64,000 nt of DNA from Eledone cirrhosa (lineage: Eukaryota). The stretch's first letter is position 1; the number at the start of each line of letters is the position of its first letter. Of this stretch, positions 13,701 to 28,755 are shown in pieces. Location of the stretch: the NCBI GenBank assembly GCA_964016885.1, contig OZ024759.1:8060001-8124000 (forward strand), given 5' to 3'. Below the pieces are notes generated by a model. It searched no databases and had not been told where the DNA came from. It was given only the letters and a program-made list of their open reading frames with translations. A program made the position numbers and the translations under genes.

Positions 13701-16700
13701 CCGACAGAGGGACCAACTATTGAGATTGACGAATATAGGGTCCAAGAGGCGATTAAAGAAATGAAAAATGGTAAGGCTGCTGGACCGTCGGGGATAGTTG
13801 CTGAGATGCTGAAGGCATCAGGGGACGTAGGCACTAAACTGGTTACACGCATCATCAATCAGGCTATATATGGTGGTGTCACACCTAAAGACTGGTGCAG
13901 CAGTATTCTCATAAATTGCTACAAAGGTAAAGGGGATGCTCTGGAGAGGAGCAATTATAGGGGTATAAAACTGATGGATCAGGTTATGAAAGTGGCAGAA
14001 AGAATACTAGCGCAACTAATTAGAGAAAGGGTCAAACTAGATGAGATGCAGTTTGATTTTGTGCCTGGGAAGAGTACAACAGATGCCCTCTTCTTGGTGA
14101 GACAACTACAAGAGAGGTTCTTAGAGAAGAATAAGCCACTATATTTAGCCTTTGTTGACCTAGAAAGGCCTTACATAGAGTACCCTGATCTGTCATCTGG
14201 TGGTCCCTAAGGAAACTAGGTGTAGAGGAATGGCTTGTGAGGACAGTGTAAGCTATGTTCAGGAGTGCTGTCAGTAAAGTGAGAGTAGGAATGGAGTTTA
14301 GTGAGGAAATCCAGATACAAGTAGGAGTGCATCAGGGTTCGGTCCTCAGCCCGCTCTTGTTCATTATAGTCCTCCAAGCCATAACAGAGGAGTTTAAGAC
14401 TGGATGCCCATGGGAACCTCTCTATGCTGACGATCTGGTTCTTATAGCAGAATCAGTAGAGGAGCTAGAGAATAAATTCTGGCTATGGAAACAGCAGTTG
14501 GAATCAAGAGGACTGAGAGTGACCCTAGCTATGACTAAAGTCTTGATAAGTAGAAGAGAGGACAAAACTCTGATTCCATCAGGGAAATGGCCATGTTCGA
14601 TATGTAGAAAAGGAACTGGCATAAATTCTATAAAATGCACACAATGCAGATCCTGGGTACACAAGAGATGTAGTGGGATGGCAGGCAAACTAACAAGTAG
14701 GGAGAAATATGTATGCAGTAGATGTACAGGGAAATTAGACAGTAGAAGTCGCATTGATAGACACATTTTTCAAATGCAGGTGGGTGCTATAGAAGTGGTG
14801 GATAGCTTCCGGTACCTAGGAGGTCAGATTAGCATGGGGGGGGGGGGTTCCGAGGCCACAGTATCTAGAATAAGGACGGGTTGAAAGTTTTGGGAGCTGC
14901 TGCCTCTTTTGACAAAGAAAGGCTGGTTATATGATGCCTGTGTGAGATGCGCGATGCTGCATGGTAGTGAGACATGGGCAGCAACTGCAGAGGATATGCG
15001 ACGGCTGGAGAGATATGAAGCAAGCATGCTCCGTTGGATGTGCACTGTCAATGTGCGTGAACGACCAAGCATGGATGAGTTGAGAGAGAAACTGTGTATA
15101 TGAGGGATAAGCTGTGGTGTACGGGAAAGAAGACTGCAGTGGTATGGACATGTGATGCGCATGGAGGATGACTGCTGGGTAAAGGAATGCCAAGAAATCC
15201 CAGCGGAAGGAAGACCACGAAAATCATGCACCGAGGTAGTAAGAGCTAACCTCAGATTGTTGAAGCTCACAGAGGAGATGATGAAGGACCGTGACGAATG
15301 GAGAGATACTATGCTAAATAGTACCAGTCCCATCCTTGCAAGCAGAGGAAAAGCGGACGTAAAATGATGATGATATATATACACAGCAATAATAAATACA
15401 GAGACCTAAATCCAAAGATCATGTATAGGATGATAGCAGAAATTCTTTATATATATATTACAAGAACAGATTAAAGTTTAAGCACAGAATCGCTGCTTTC
15501 ACCCTTAACAGGAACTTCAGTTTCAGAAGATCCCGTTAAGGGTGAAAGCAGCGATTCTGTGCTTGAATTTTGATCTGTTATTTTAATAAATATTTGCTCT
15601 ACGGGTTTTTATATATTTATATATATATATAGAGAGAGAAGAGAACAAAGAGGGTGTGGTAAGATACCAGATGGACCATAACGCACCAAAGTACTCAATA
15701 CTTAGGGTAGTAGAGTGGGTAATAGGGAAAGAGTCAGGACCCCTGATTGCTGAGCTTGTGTCTCTCCTTTGTTCTGTCCTACACCATCTTGTTTTTGTGT
15801 GTAGGACAGAACAAAGGAGAGACACAAAATAAGAAATCAGTCACTGAGGAGGTCACAGAATGTGTGACATTAGAGTTTTGATAATATATAAACCATCCTG
15901 TTATTGAACCAACCGACTCAAAATTTATAATAAATTGGAGTGAAAACCAACAGGTGTATGTGTGTTTGTTGGCAGAATAACCCTCCCAAAGTATAACAAT
16001 ATATATATACATATATAGATGATGATGATACACACACACACATATATATATATATTGTAAATATCCCCTTCCCAGCATAACAGATGTTTTACATGACAAC
16101 TACACCAGCTTTGATACAACAGATATGGATTAGTTGCTTACCTTGTGCTAGCTGTACAAAACCAGTGATGATGATGAGTAATAAAGCCAATACTTTGGCA
16201 TATGTGAAGATGTCTTGAACACGGGTGGCCCATTTCACATCTTTACAGTTGACAAAAGTTAAGATCACTGAAAATGGAAAAACAAGGACTTCATTGATAA
16301 AATATTAACTGTTTGCTCTGAAATCAAAATACACCTTGTTCTATCATACAGCATTTATTTTAACCATGTTGATAACAACGCTAAAACCAGCTCTTAAACG
16401 TGATAGCAGCCCTGCTAAAACACCCATTTTAACGGGTTTCTATTTAACCCTTAATGTCCTGTACCATATGAAACTGCATTAGCAAGACATTCTTGAAAAT
16501 TATAAAACAGTGACTGCATCCATTAATAAAGATACAATAAACATTTGAATTAACAAACCACATTATCACATTAAATATTAATGTCTTTAATACTACAAAT
16601 TTTCACAATCTGTCCCTAGTAAAGATACTATAAACAGTTGAATTAACACATCTGTAGATATTTTCTATTAAATTATTACAGAATGTTAAGAGTTACATAT

Positions 16701-19700
16701 CAAAATCTTCCAACATAATTTTATGTAAGAACCAAATGTTAAGTTATTATCTTAGTAATGAAATAATTAATAATTTTAGTAAATACCTCCAAATTCTTCA
16801 TTAACTAATTAAAATAGAGTGTATTTCTTTAGAAATACTGCCACCAATGGGCTTAAAAATTATATTTATCTAAAAATCTTCCATCATGATGTAGGAAGTT
16901 ATGTTACTAAATTCCTCTAAAGTTTGGATTATTTTTCATGTTAATAGAAAATCATAGGTAGTGTACTTATTTCTTGTACAAATAGGTTAGTGCTGTATCA
17001 TGATAAAATACACCCAGTACACTCTGTAAAGTGGTAGTACTGGTATCATGATAAAATACACCCATTACACTCTGTAAAGTGGTAGTGTTGGTGCCATGAT
17101 ATAATACACCCAGTATACTCTGTAAAGTGGTAGTGTTGGTATCATGATAGAATACACCCAGTATACTCTGTAAAGTGGTAGTGTTGGTATCATGATAGAA
17201 TACACCCAGTATACTCTGTAAAGTGGCAGTGTTGGTGTCATGATAAAATACACCCAGTACACTCTGTAAAGTGATAGTGTTGGTGTCATGATAAAATACA
17301 CCCAGTACACTCTGTAAAGTGGTAGTGTTGGTGTCATGATAAAATACACCTAGTACACTCTGTAAAGTGGTAGTGTTGGTGTCATGATAAAATACACCCA
17401 GTACACTCTGTAAAGTGGTAGTGTTGGTGTCATGATATATTACACCCAGTACACTCTGTAAAGTGGAAGTACTGGTGTCATGATATAATACACCCAGCAC
17501 ACTCTGTAAAGTGGAAGTACTGGTGTCATGATATAATACACCCAGTACACTCTGTAAAGTGGAAGTACTGGTGTCATGATATAATACACCCAGTACACTC
17601 TGTAAAGTGGTAGTACTGGTGTCATGATAGAATACACCCAGTACACTATAAAGTTGGTGGTGCTGGTGCCACAATAAAATGCACCCAGTCCACTCTGAAT
17701 GGTGGTAGTGGTGTTAGTAATGATTCCAGTCCACACTATAAAGTGGTTGGCATTAAGAAGGGCAACCAGTGATAGAAACCAAGACAAAAACAGAATGTAT
17801 GAGAAGGGTGAGGTCAACTGACCCCAGAACTTGACAACCAGTCTAATCCAGGCATGGAAAATAGATGTTGGTGAGAATAGATAGCATATGCTTGGATGTC
17901 ACTATCTGATTTCATCGAGATGACATATGTCTGGAGGTCAATATCTAAAGTATTGGTTGTATGTTCTTTAGCTAGTCTCTAGCCAGACCAATTACATCAC
18001 GATCAGTAACAGCAGCAACAATATCAGATGTCGGTATTTATGTCAAGATTCTTCTGCCAAGAATCCAGACTATAAATTCTCATATAAATAGATTAAAATC
18101 TTTTCATTAACTCTTTTGATACAAAACCACCCCTAGATCTACAAAAAAACTGTTATAAATCGATGCTTTCACCCTTAACAGGAACTTCAGTTTCAGAAGA
18201 TCCCGTTAAGGGTGAAAGCAGCGATTCTGTGCTTGAATTTTGATCTGTTATTTTAATAAATATTTGCTCTACGGGTTTTTATATATTTATATATAGAGAG
18301 AGAGAACAAAGAGGATGTGGTAAGATACCTGATGGACCATAACGCACCAAAGTACTCAATACTTAGGGTAGTAGAGTGCGTAATAGGGAAAGAGTCAGGA
18401 CCCCTGATGGCTGAGCTTGTGTCTCTCCTTTGTTCTGTCCTACACCATCTTGTTTTTGTGTGTAGGACAGAACAAAGGAGAGACACAAAATAAGAAATCA
18501 GTCACTGAGGAGGTTACAGAATGTGTGACATTAGAGTTTTGATAATATATAAACCATCCTGTTATTGAACCTTTCATCATAATTTTATATAAAAACATTT
18601 GTTAAGTTATGTCCCAAATACCAACTTAGTAATGAGATAGTTAATTATATTACTGAATCACTCTTCTTAATTATACGATGAGCAATGAGTGGGGAAGGGA
18701 AAGTCAATTATATCTACCCCCAATATTTTAAAGGTAGTTTATTTTATGGACTCCAGAAGAATGAAAGGTAAAGTTGGGGCAGGAACTGAGAATGTAAAGG
18801 GCCAGAACAGATACTGCAGTGTTATTTGTCCAATGTTTTAATGAGGGTTTGGATTGTTGCCCGAGAATTGGTGGTGAGGGTGTTTGGCTCATGATTGAGA
18901 AGTTGTGAGTTCAATTTCTGGACAGGGTGGTGTGTTGTGCGTGTCCTTGAGCAAGACACTTTATTTCACGTTGCTCCAGTCCATTGTGTCCTTGAGCACA
19001 ACACTTTATTTCACGTTGCTCCAGTCCACTGTGTCCTTAAGCAAGACACTTTATTTCACGTTGCTCCAGTCCATTGTGTCCTTGAGCACAACACTTTATT
19101 TCACGTTGCTCCAGTCCACTGTGTCCTTAAGCAAGACACTTTATTTCACGTTGCTCCAGTCCATTGTGTCCTTGAGCAAGACACTTTATTTCATGTTGCT
19201 CCAGTCCACTGTGTCCTTGAGCAAGATACTTTATTTCACGTTGCTCCAGTTCACTGTGTCCTTGAACAAGACACTTTATTTCACGTTGCTCCAGTCCACT
19301 GTGTCCTTGAGCAAGATACTTTATTTCACGTTGCTCCAGTCCACTGTGTCCTTGAGCAAGATACTTTATTTCATATTGCTGCAGTCTATGCAGCTGGTAA
19401 AAATGTGTTGTACTTATAAATTCAACAGTTGAGCCTTGTTACACATTCTGTCACAGAGAATCTCCCTGAGAATTAATTACATTAAGAATGTACATGGCTG
19501 TGGGATGCTCGACAACCACCCACACATTAATTTCACGATCAGTCAGTTCTGTGGACTGAATCAACTAGAACACCTGTTATCTGAAATGACAGATCAATGA
19601 CATACATGAGGGCCTTAAACCTAATATTATCTATTTTACAGTTATTTCTATTGTTTCTACGTTAGGCACAAGGCCAGCAATTACCCAGTGTATTACTGAT

Positions 19701-22700
19701 AAAATAAAGTACCAGTAATACACTGGGTAATTGCTGGCCTTGTGCCTAACGTAGAAACAATTATCTATTTTACAGTTAACGCAATGTAGAAGCCCTTACA
19801 AAAGTAAAAAAACTCTTAAATTTAGTTTGTACAACACACTCCTTAAAAATTCCATTATTAAAGTGTTTATATTTATCTCTCAAAAAGGTTAACTGGCGGG
19901 TTAACTTTTTAGTGGAAGGTTTAGAAAAGGATAGAGAGGAGAAAAATATGATGATAATGAAAACCAATAAACAATGTTTTCATTGTTTTTTTTGTTGATA
20001 CTATCTGTGTCATTAACCCTTTCATTACCATATTTCTAATGAAAGACACTGTCTATGTCATTAACCCTTTCATTACCATATTTCTAATGAAAGACACTGT
20101 CTATGTCATTAACTCTTTCATTACCATATTTCTAATGAAAGACACTGTCTATGTCATTAACCCTTTCATTACCATATTTCTAATGAAAGACACAGTCTAT
20201 GTCATTAACCCTTTCATTACCATATTTCTAATGAAAGACACTGTCTATGTCATTAACCCTTTCATTACCATATTTCTAATGAAAGACACTGTCTATGTCA
20301 TTAACCCTTTCATTACCATATTTCTAATGAAAGACACTGTCTATGTCATTAACTCTTTCATTACCATATTTCTAATGAAAGACACTGTCTATGTCATTAA
20401 CCCTTTCATTACCATATTTCTAATGAAAGACACTGTCTATGTCATTAACCCTTTCATTACCATATTTCTAATGAAAGACACTGTCTATGTCATTAACTCT
20501 TTCATTACCATATTTCTAATGAAAGACACTGTCTATGTCATTAACCCTTTCATTACCATATTTCTAATGAAAGACACAGTCTATGTCATTAACCCTTTCA
20601 TTACCATATTTCTAATGAAAGACACTGTCTATGTCATTAACCCTTTCATTACCATATTTCTAATGAAAGACACTGTCTATGTCATTAACCCTTTCATTAC
20701 CATATTTCTAATGAAAGACACTGTCTATGTCATTAACCCTTTCATTACCATATTTCTAATGAAAGACACTGTCTATGTCATTAACCCTTTCATTACCATA
20801 TTTCTAATGAAAGACACAGTCTATGTCATTAACCCTTTCATTACCATATTTCTAATGAAAGACACTGTCTATGTCATTAACCCTTTCATTACCATATTTC
20901 TAATGAAAGACACTGTCTATGTCATTAACCCTTTCATTACCATATTTCTAATGAAAGACACAGTCTATGTCATTAACCCTTTCATTAACATATTTCTAAT
21001 GAAAGACACTGTCTATGTCATTAACCCTTTCATTACCATATTTCTAATGAAAGACACTGTCTATGTCATTAACCCTTTCATTAACATATTTCTAATGAAA
21101 GACACTGTCTATGTCATTAACCCTTTCATTACCATATTTCTAATGAAAGACACAGTCTATGTCATTAACCCTTTCATTACCATATTTCTAATGAAAGACA
21201 CTGTCTATGTCATTAACCCTTTCATTAACATATTTCTAATGAAAGACACTGTCTATGTCATTAACCTTTTCATTATCATATTTCTAATGAAAGACACTGT
21301 CTATGTCATTAACCCTTTCATTACCATATTTCTAATGAAAGACACAGTCTATGTCATTAACCCTTTCATTACCATATTTCTAATGAAAGACACTGTCTAT
21401 GTCATTAACCTTTTCATTATCATATTTCTAATGAAAGACACTGTCTATGTCATTAACCTTTTCATTATCATATTTCTAATGAAAGACACTGTCTATGTCA
21501 TTAACTCTCTCATTACCATATTTCTAATGAAAGACATTGTCTATGTCATTAACCCTTCCATTACCATATTTCTAATGAAAGACACTGTCTATGTCATTAA
21601 CCCTTTCATTACCATATTTCTAATGAAAGACACTATCTGTGTCATTAACCCTTTCATTACCATATTTCTAATGACAACAGCAGGGGCCAATACAACCATA
21701 AGAGACATCCAAACATCAACAACCACCACAACTTCCGTAGTCATTTTTTAGACACAGCACACAAACACAGGGTAACGAGATAACACGAAACACAGAGGAG
21801 ACACAAAATGTAATAAAAATCATTAATTTAACCTCTAAAGAATTAACAACAGACCAAATCAACACACCAACTCCCCAACTACCCCGAAATGAATGAAGAT
21901 ATTGCAGAATTCTGTAGAAAACTAAGACTCAGCAACAAATACAATGAGGATGACTCAATAGCCAGAAATAGAAGCAACTACACCCCACCAAAAGGCAAGA
22001 ACAAATTCCTTGATCAATTCTGCGAACACATTACTAATTACCCATACCACCACCTACACAGACATAAACAAAAACCAAACCTAAGCAAAAAAGAACGACA
22101 AAACCCTAACAATCAAAGAGGAAGATAAAGGGAGTGCAGTGGTGCTTATGAAGACAGATTACTACACCACCCTAGTACTCTCAATTCTAGAAAACCAAAC
22201 ATATTACGAAAAGGCCGCAACACTACACACAACAGAAAATAATGAGAAACCTAAAATCCCTAACAACCCTTTACAAAGGCCTTACAGACAAGGAATACAA
22301 CTACATCACCAATTTCAAAAGCAGAACCGGCCTTTTCTACGGTATCCCAAAGTTACACAAAAGCGAAGTAATAGGCAGGGCCTGCAAGGAAGCCACAGAT
22401 ATTTACATCAATATACCCCCTCCTGATGACCTTAAATTAAGACCCATAATAGCAGGTACCACATGTGAAACCCACCGCCTAAGCAACTCCTAGATATTCT
22501 GCTTAAACCTTTCCTAAAACACATAAAAAGCTTCATAAGGGACGACCTTGACATTCGCTCCATGACCTTACTGATATGTGACGTCACATATCAGTAAGGT
22601 CATGGAGCGAATCATCAGAAAGAAACTGATCACTTTCCTCGAAGAAAATGACTGCCTGACTAGCACGCTTTCGCCCAGGAAGAAGCTGCCTTACACAGCT

Positions 22701-25436
22701 GCTACATCACTACGACTGGGTACTGAAACAACCGCTAGACAGCGCACATGTGGACGTGATATATCTTGACTTTGCGAAGGCCTTTGACAAGGTCGACCAC
22801 AGAATGATATGTCACAAACTACACAGACTTGGCATAACTGCAAAAGTAGGTGAGTGGCAGTATAACTTCTTAAAGGACAGACGCCAGGCAGTCGCAGCAA
22901 ACGGGCCCTCTCAAAGGAAACATCAATAACAACTGGGGTGCCCCAAGGCACAGTCTTGGGACCACTACTGTTTTTGGTGGCTCTCTCAGACATGCCTTCT
23001 GTAGTACATGCAACAACATCCCTCACTAGCTATGCTGATGACACTAAGGTAGCACAGGCAATCAAAAACCCAACTGACGCTGCCCTTTTACAAGATCTGG
23101 ATGCCATATACAAATGGGCGGAAGACAACAACATGCAGTTTAATGCTGGAAAATTTCAAATCCTACAATACCAACCTGCAAACACAAATATAGTGGAACA
23201 CAACTACACAGGACCAGGAGGGACCAATATTCCCGTGTCAAAATCGATATGAGACCTGGGTATAGACATGAGCAATGATGCATCTTTTTCTTCACACATC
23301 ATGAAACTGGTGACAATGTGCAGACGACTCGCTGGCTGGATCTTGAGGACTTTCCGGACAAGAGACCGAGAGACCATGTTGACACTATGGAGGACATTTG
23401 TCCTAAGCCGACTGGACTACTGCTCCCAGTTGTGGTCACCCCATAGTAACAAACTAACCACGGAGTTTGAGGCAATCCAGCGAAGCTACACCAAGAGGAT
23501 TGCCACCATGAAGAAGATAAGATACTGGGAGAGGCTAAAAGAACTGAACCTCTACTCCTTGGAACGAAGACGGGAGAGATACGCAGTGATCTACATGTGG
23601 AAAATCCTGGAGGGACTAGCACCAAACTTTGGCATTGGGAGCTGGACTAACCGTCGAACAGGACGTCACTATGTGGTGCCTAAGGTCCCGTCTTCAACAT
23701 CTAGAATAAGGAGCAGATATTGCAATAGCCTGGGGTTCAAGGGCCCTCAACTCTTCAACAAGCTGCCGAGGGATCTGAGAGATCTGCATGGTGTGGATGT
23801 GGATGTTTTCAAGAAACATCTTCCACCTTGTGGAATAATAAAAAATTTGGTCGTTTTGGAAGCCTCAACAATGTAGATGGGTAAATCTCCGGGTAACAGA
23901 ATCCAGTGGTGAAGAGAAATATGTAAGAGGAAATGTAGAATGAAATGTATAGTGTGTAGAGGAACGCAGGAAAGAGTGTAAAAATAAAAATAATAACACG
24001 AGACAGAGTTACCCTGGGAGAGATTTAATTGTCCCTATATTTCGGATTTCGCATCCATCAACTGGGTGGTTTTCCGAGGGGGAAAGTTATCTGTCGGAGA
24101 GGAACGGTACATGGCCTCTGTTGTCCGCCGTTTGTGTACAACTGAGATATTCTGTAGGGCGCGCGAAATAGGTGCAGTCAAGCAAAGGTCGAGGCAGTCC
24201 CTCTTTACTATGGGAGTGGGACGGCGCTTCACTGCCAACCCATTATACTACCTATATTCAGTCTTTGATACTGGCAGTGTTGGGAGTCTGCCTGGTTGTT
24301 GTTTGTTGGTTGGTGGATGGTGGGCGCGCTATACACACAATAACAATTGTACGAATTGCACTGTGTGTGTGCGTGCGTGTGCTGTTGTTTACACCAGCCA
24401 TCTCGTCTCGCTTCTCTCGGATCGGTTATTTATTTCTGGTCCTAGGCGTTTGATCCAAAGTGCTTCCTTGATTCTTAAAGTGCCGACATTGCGTTCTGTC
24501 GCTAGCACTGTGGCAATGGGGCTTCCGTCTTTGTTTCCGTATTTGGTTATGTGTTTCCGGAAAGACGAGGCCCTGGTGTTGATGTGCTCCTTGATCCGGA
24601 TATGTAGCGGCCGGATTGTGCTACCGATATAGTAGTGGTTGCACTTGTCACATTCTACCCTGCATACAACGTACGTGCATAAGCAACATTTCGTTTGGCG
24701 CATCAGACAATTTCTGAGGGAACACCCGTCAGTCAATTTCCCGGGTTTCAGGGAGAGGCATCTCCGTAGGGAGGGGCCCGAGTGGGCCAGGTGGATGTCG
24801 AGGCCCTCTCTCTGTATAGCCCTGCGGATAGCGTTGGTGGTTTTCTCGCCCGGGTGCAGGATTTTAAGGAAGCACTTGCCTTAGGGTGTTTCTCTGCCTC
24901 TTGCGTCTGGTGTCTCTTATATATATATATGTGTAAGTGTAGCATTTCCATCGGAAAGGTACAGGAAAAAAGAGTGCTCTATGTAGGCTACAGAGCTTAT
25001 TAGTTATGTATTAAACAACATAAGATAATTATTACATTTACCAGTGGTTTCTTGAAGGCAGATATTTATATCAGTCATCAGAAAGAATAAATAACATGGT
25101 GTTTTTATTAAATATGGATTTGAAAATAAAATTTAGGAAATACGAAATTATTTCATTGTATGTGTGTATGTGTGTATATATATACGTGTGTGTATATATC
25201 ATAGGGATATTTATTTTGTCGGTTATTCAACAAAAATATATAATTTTAACTGATTTGAAGCACTCCACAAGTCTTCTGGAGTATACCATTTTTCCATTTT
25301 TGGTACCTCCCTTTTTATACTCCCACCTGCGAGTGTGTGTGTATTTATAGTTTGTCTGCCTATATGTTTATGCACACACACATGCACGTGTATGTGTGTG
25401 TATTTTTATGTATACATGTGTGTGTGTGTATATATG

Positions 25437-25473
<37 letters not shown>

Positions 25474-25682
25474 ATATGTATGTATATATGTGTATGTGTG
25501 TATGGATTTATGTATATGTTTATATGGTTGCGTGTGTTGATTTTTTATTGCGTGCGTGTGTGCGCGCACGTATGTATACGTTTGTACGTGGGTTATGTAC
25601 CTTTGAGATTCATCTATCTAATTTATTGTAGGTTTTTTTTTGTATGTATGTGGATGTGTATGTATATGTATGTATGTATGTG

Positions 25683-25721
<39 letters not shown>

Positions 25722-27214
25722 ATGTATATATATATGTATGCATATACATATATATATAACCAAAGGTTATATATATATGTATATGCATATATATATACAT
25801 ATACACACACACACATATATATATACACATACATACATATATAACTAAAGGTTATATATATATGTATATGCATACATATATATATATACACATACATACA
25901 TATGGTCCGTTGATTACTCAATGAATACAATTTTACAATAGATTAGAAGCACTCAACAGAAAGAAAAAATTTTCCTGGAGTTTTTAATATTATTCAAAAT
26001 ATTAACAAATGAAAAATATTCTCATAATCAAAATATATATTTTATTATATATATTTCAAAGGTACTGTGTTGTTTTTTCAGTATGTCCTCATCAGACAAA
26101 ATATATGATTTGATATATGACATACCACTGCAGTCTTGATTATTCAATTCCAGTATTGGCAGTGATTTATTTCATCAAATCTCAACGTTTTTATACCACA
26201 AATAATATAAAATATAGAATATTTTACCTTAAAATTAAAAATAATTGTTTCTACTTTTGGCACAAGGCCAGCAAATACCCAGTGCATTACTGGTACTTTA
26301 TTCTATTGACCCCGGAAGGATGAAAGGCAAAGTTAACCTCAGCGGGATTTAAACTCAGATCATAAAGGGAGGTAACTCTATGCGTCAAAGCATGGCATCC
26401 GACCCTCTACCGATACTGCCAATCCACCGCCTTAAAATTAAAAATAATAATCTATAATGAGTTAAATTAAATTATATAGATTTTTAATTAAACTAAATAC
26501 GTGATTGCTATAGAAAATATTCTATACTGATTAATTTTGATATAATATATAATATAATCAGCTAAAGCATAATCAAATACAAGAGATATTCAATTGATTA
26601 TGTGAATTGATTGGATATCCTATTTGATCTAACATTTGAATTCAACGGCTTTTTTCTCTATCCCCTCTATTTGATGTTCCCTCATTTTTCTTTATCCCCC
26701 CCTTCGTTCCCTTTACTTTCCCCACACCTTCCCTCTTTTGTCGTTAATCCTCTTTTTTTATATATTTCTTTTATTCATTCATCCCTTTATTTATTTTTTA
26801 TTCATTTATCTATTTATGTATTTATTTATTTATTTATTGCCTTTCCTCTTCTTTACACCCTCTCTTATATCTCTAATTTGCTCTACGTCCTTTTCTTCTT
26901 TAAGTTTATCATATTATTTGTGGTATAAAAATGTTGAGATTTGATGAAATAAATCACTGCCAATACTGGAATTGAATAATCAAGACTGTAGCGGCATGTC
27001 ATATATCAAATCATATATTTTGTCTGATGAGGACGTACTGAAAAAACAACACAGTACCTTTGAAATATATATAATAAAGCATATATTTTGATTACGAGAA
27101 TATTTTTCATTTGTTAATATTTTGAATAATATATATATATATGTATGTATATTTATTTTTTATATATATATACATATATGTGTGTGTGTGTGTTTGTATG
27201 TGTGTATAGGTATA

Positions 27215-27247
<33 letters not shown>

Positions 27248-28716
27248 GCATATTGTGTGTATTTGTTTATTTTTAAACTGTTTTTATTTATTCCCCCCTC
27301 ACCCCACACCCTTCGTTGTCAAAACGTCCTCTCTGACTTTATTTTGATTTTAATTTTCTTACATATATATATATATATATATATCAAATATTGAGTTATA
27401 AACTCGAAATAGTCTTTTACAATTAAATAGCTCAAAGAAGGGAATATTTCTGAGCCGTGTAATACAAATGAATATAAGGGATGAGCATCTATACAATTAT
27501 AGAAGTGTTCGGATTGCAAATGACCAAGTTAGCTAGGTTGAAAAAATACTAATTTAACATAATATGGTTTGCCTGTCTCGATTTAAAATAATAAATCAAT
27601 AAAAATAACAAACCTATATTGGCAATGGCCGTGATACCTGGACAAACTTTAAATTTGTTTCGCAACAATTAAGTGAAAGTTACTATTCCTGTGCTCTTCT
27701 GCAGGTATCCAGAAATTGGTACCTTCCACTTCAAAATACTTAACAAGACTGAGAAACATGTTGTTGAACGCACGTGTGTCTCAGCGCCTAACTCGTCTCA
27801 TATCCGTGCCGCTAAAAATAGCAGTCGGTTTTATGGGACTAAAAATTAGCTCAACGCATGGAGCCGTGAATATCAAATATAGAGTTATAAACTCGAAATA
27901 GTATATTATAAGTCAATATTTGATATTCACAGCTCCATGCGTTGAGCTAATTTTTAGTCCCATAAAACCAACTGTTATTTTCAATAAAGCATTAATAATG
28001 GTCATGAATAATAGCGAACTTACTAGATCCCAAGTAGATATCATCCTTGCGGCCAGGAAAACCATAATTACATTTGAAGACCAACTATGGACCCGCAAGA
28101 ATACACCCAACAACTTCGATATCACCATGGGATCTAGCGACTCAGCACAGGTCACAGACTTAGTTGGTTTATTTCTCTTAAATGAAATCCATAAGAATTT
28201 ACCTTACCTTAACGGTGGTTTCTATCGAGACGACGCACTTTTCCTTTTAGACTTTAAAAAATTTAATATAGAAAGAACTAGAAAACAATTACATAAAATA
28301 TTTAAAAACTACAACTTAGGTATCACTTTAGATAAAAACACCAAAAATGTTAACTTCCTTGACGTAACTCTCTACTTAGACTCTAAAACATATACACCTT
28401 ATCATACACCTAATGAAAAACTTGTTTATGTTAATACCAACTCTAACCACCCTAAATCTGTATTAAAGGGGTATCTAATAGAATCTCTAGTCTTTCTTAC
28501 GAGACTACGTTTAACCGAAACTCCCAATATTATAATGAAGCCTTAGCACATTCGGGCCATAGAGATAAAATTAAATTTAAACCCAAATCATCAACCACCC
28601 ATAAACAACCTAATATAATGTCACACAACACGGCCATGAATAAAATTAAATATGATCATAGTACTGAAAATCCTGGCTCTCTACAGTCTGAATATATATA
28701 TACATATATATATTCT

Positions 28717-28755
<39 letters not shown>

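Larger units (their letters stand above)
25990..27130. mobile_element. Fold-back non-coding element with ~220-bp inverted arms, each carrying a hammerhead motif
   Basis: 25990-26218 is the reverse complement of 26912-27130. A SINE B copy with TSD is inserted at 26246-26430. Confidence 0.8.

Noticed and set aside
20039-21751. 570-aa ORF of [16 protein letters not shown] repeats
   Set aside because: Artefact of a 48-bp tandem repeat.
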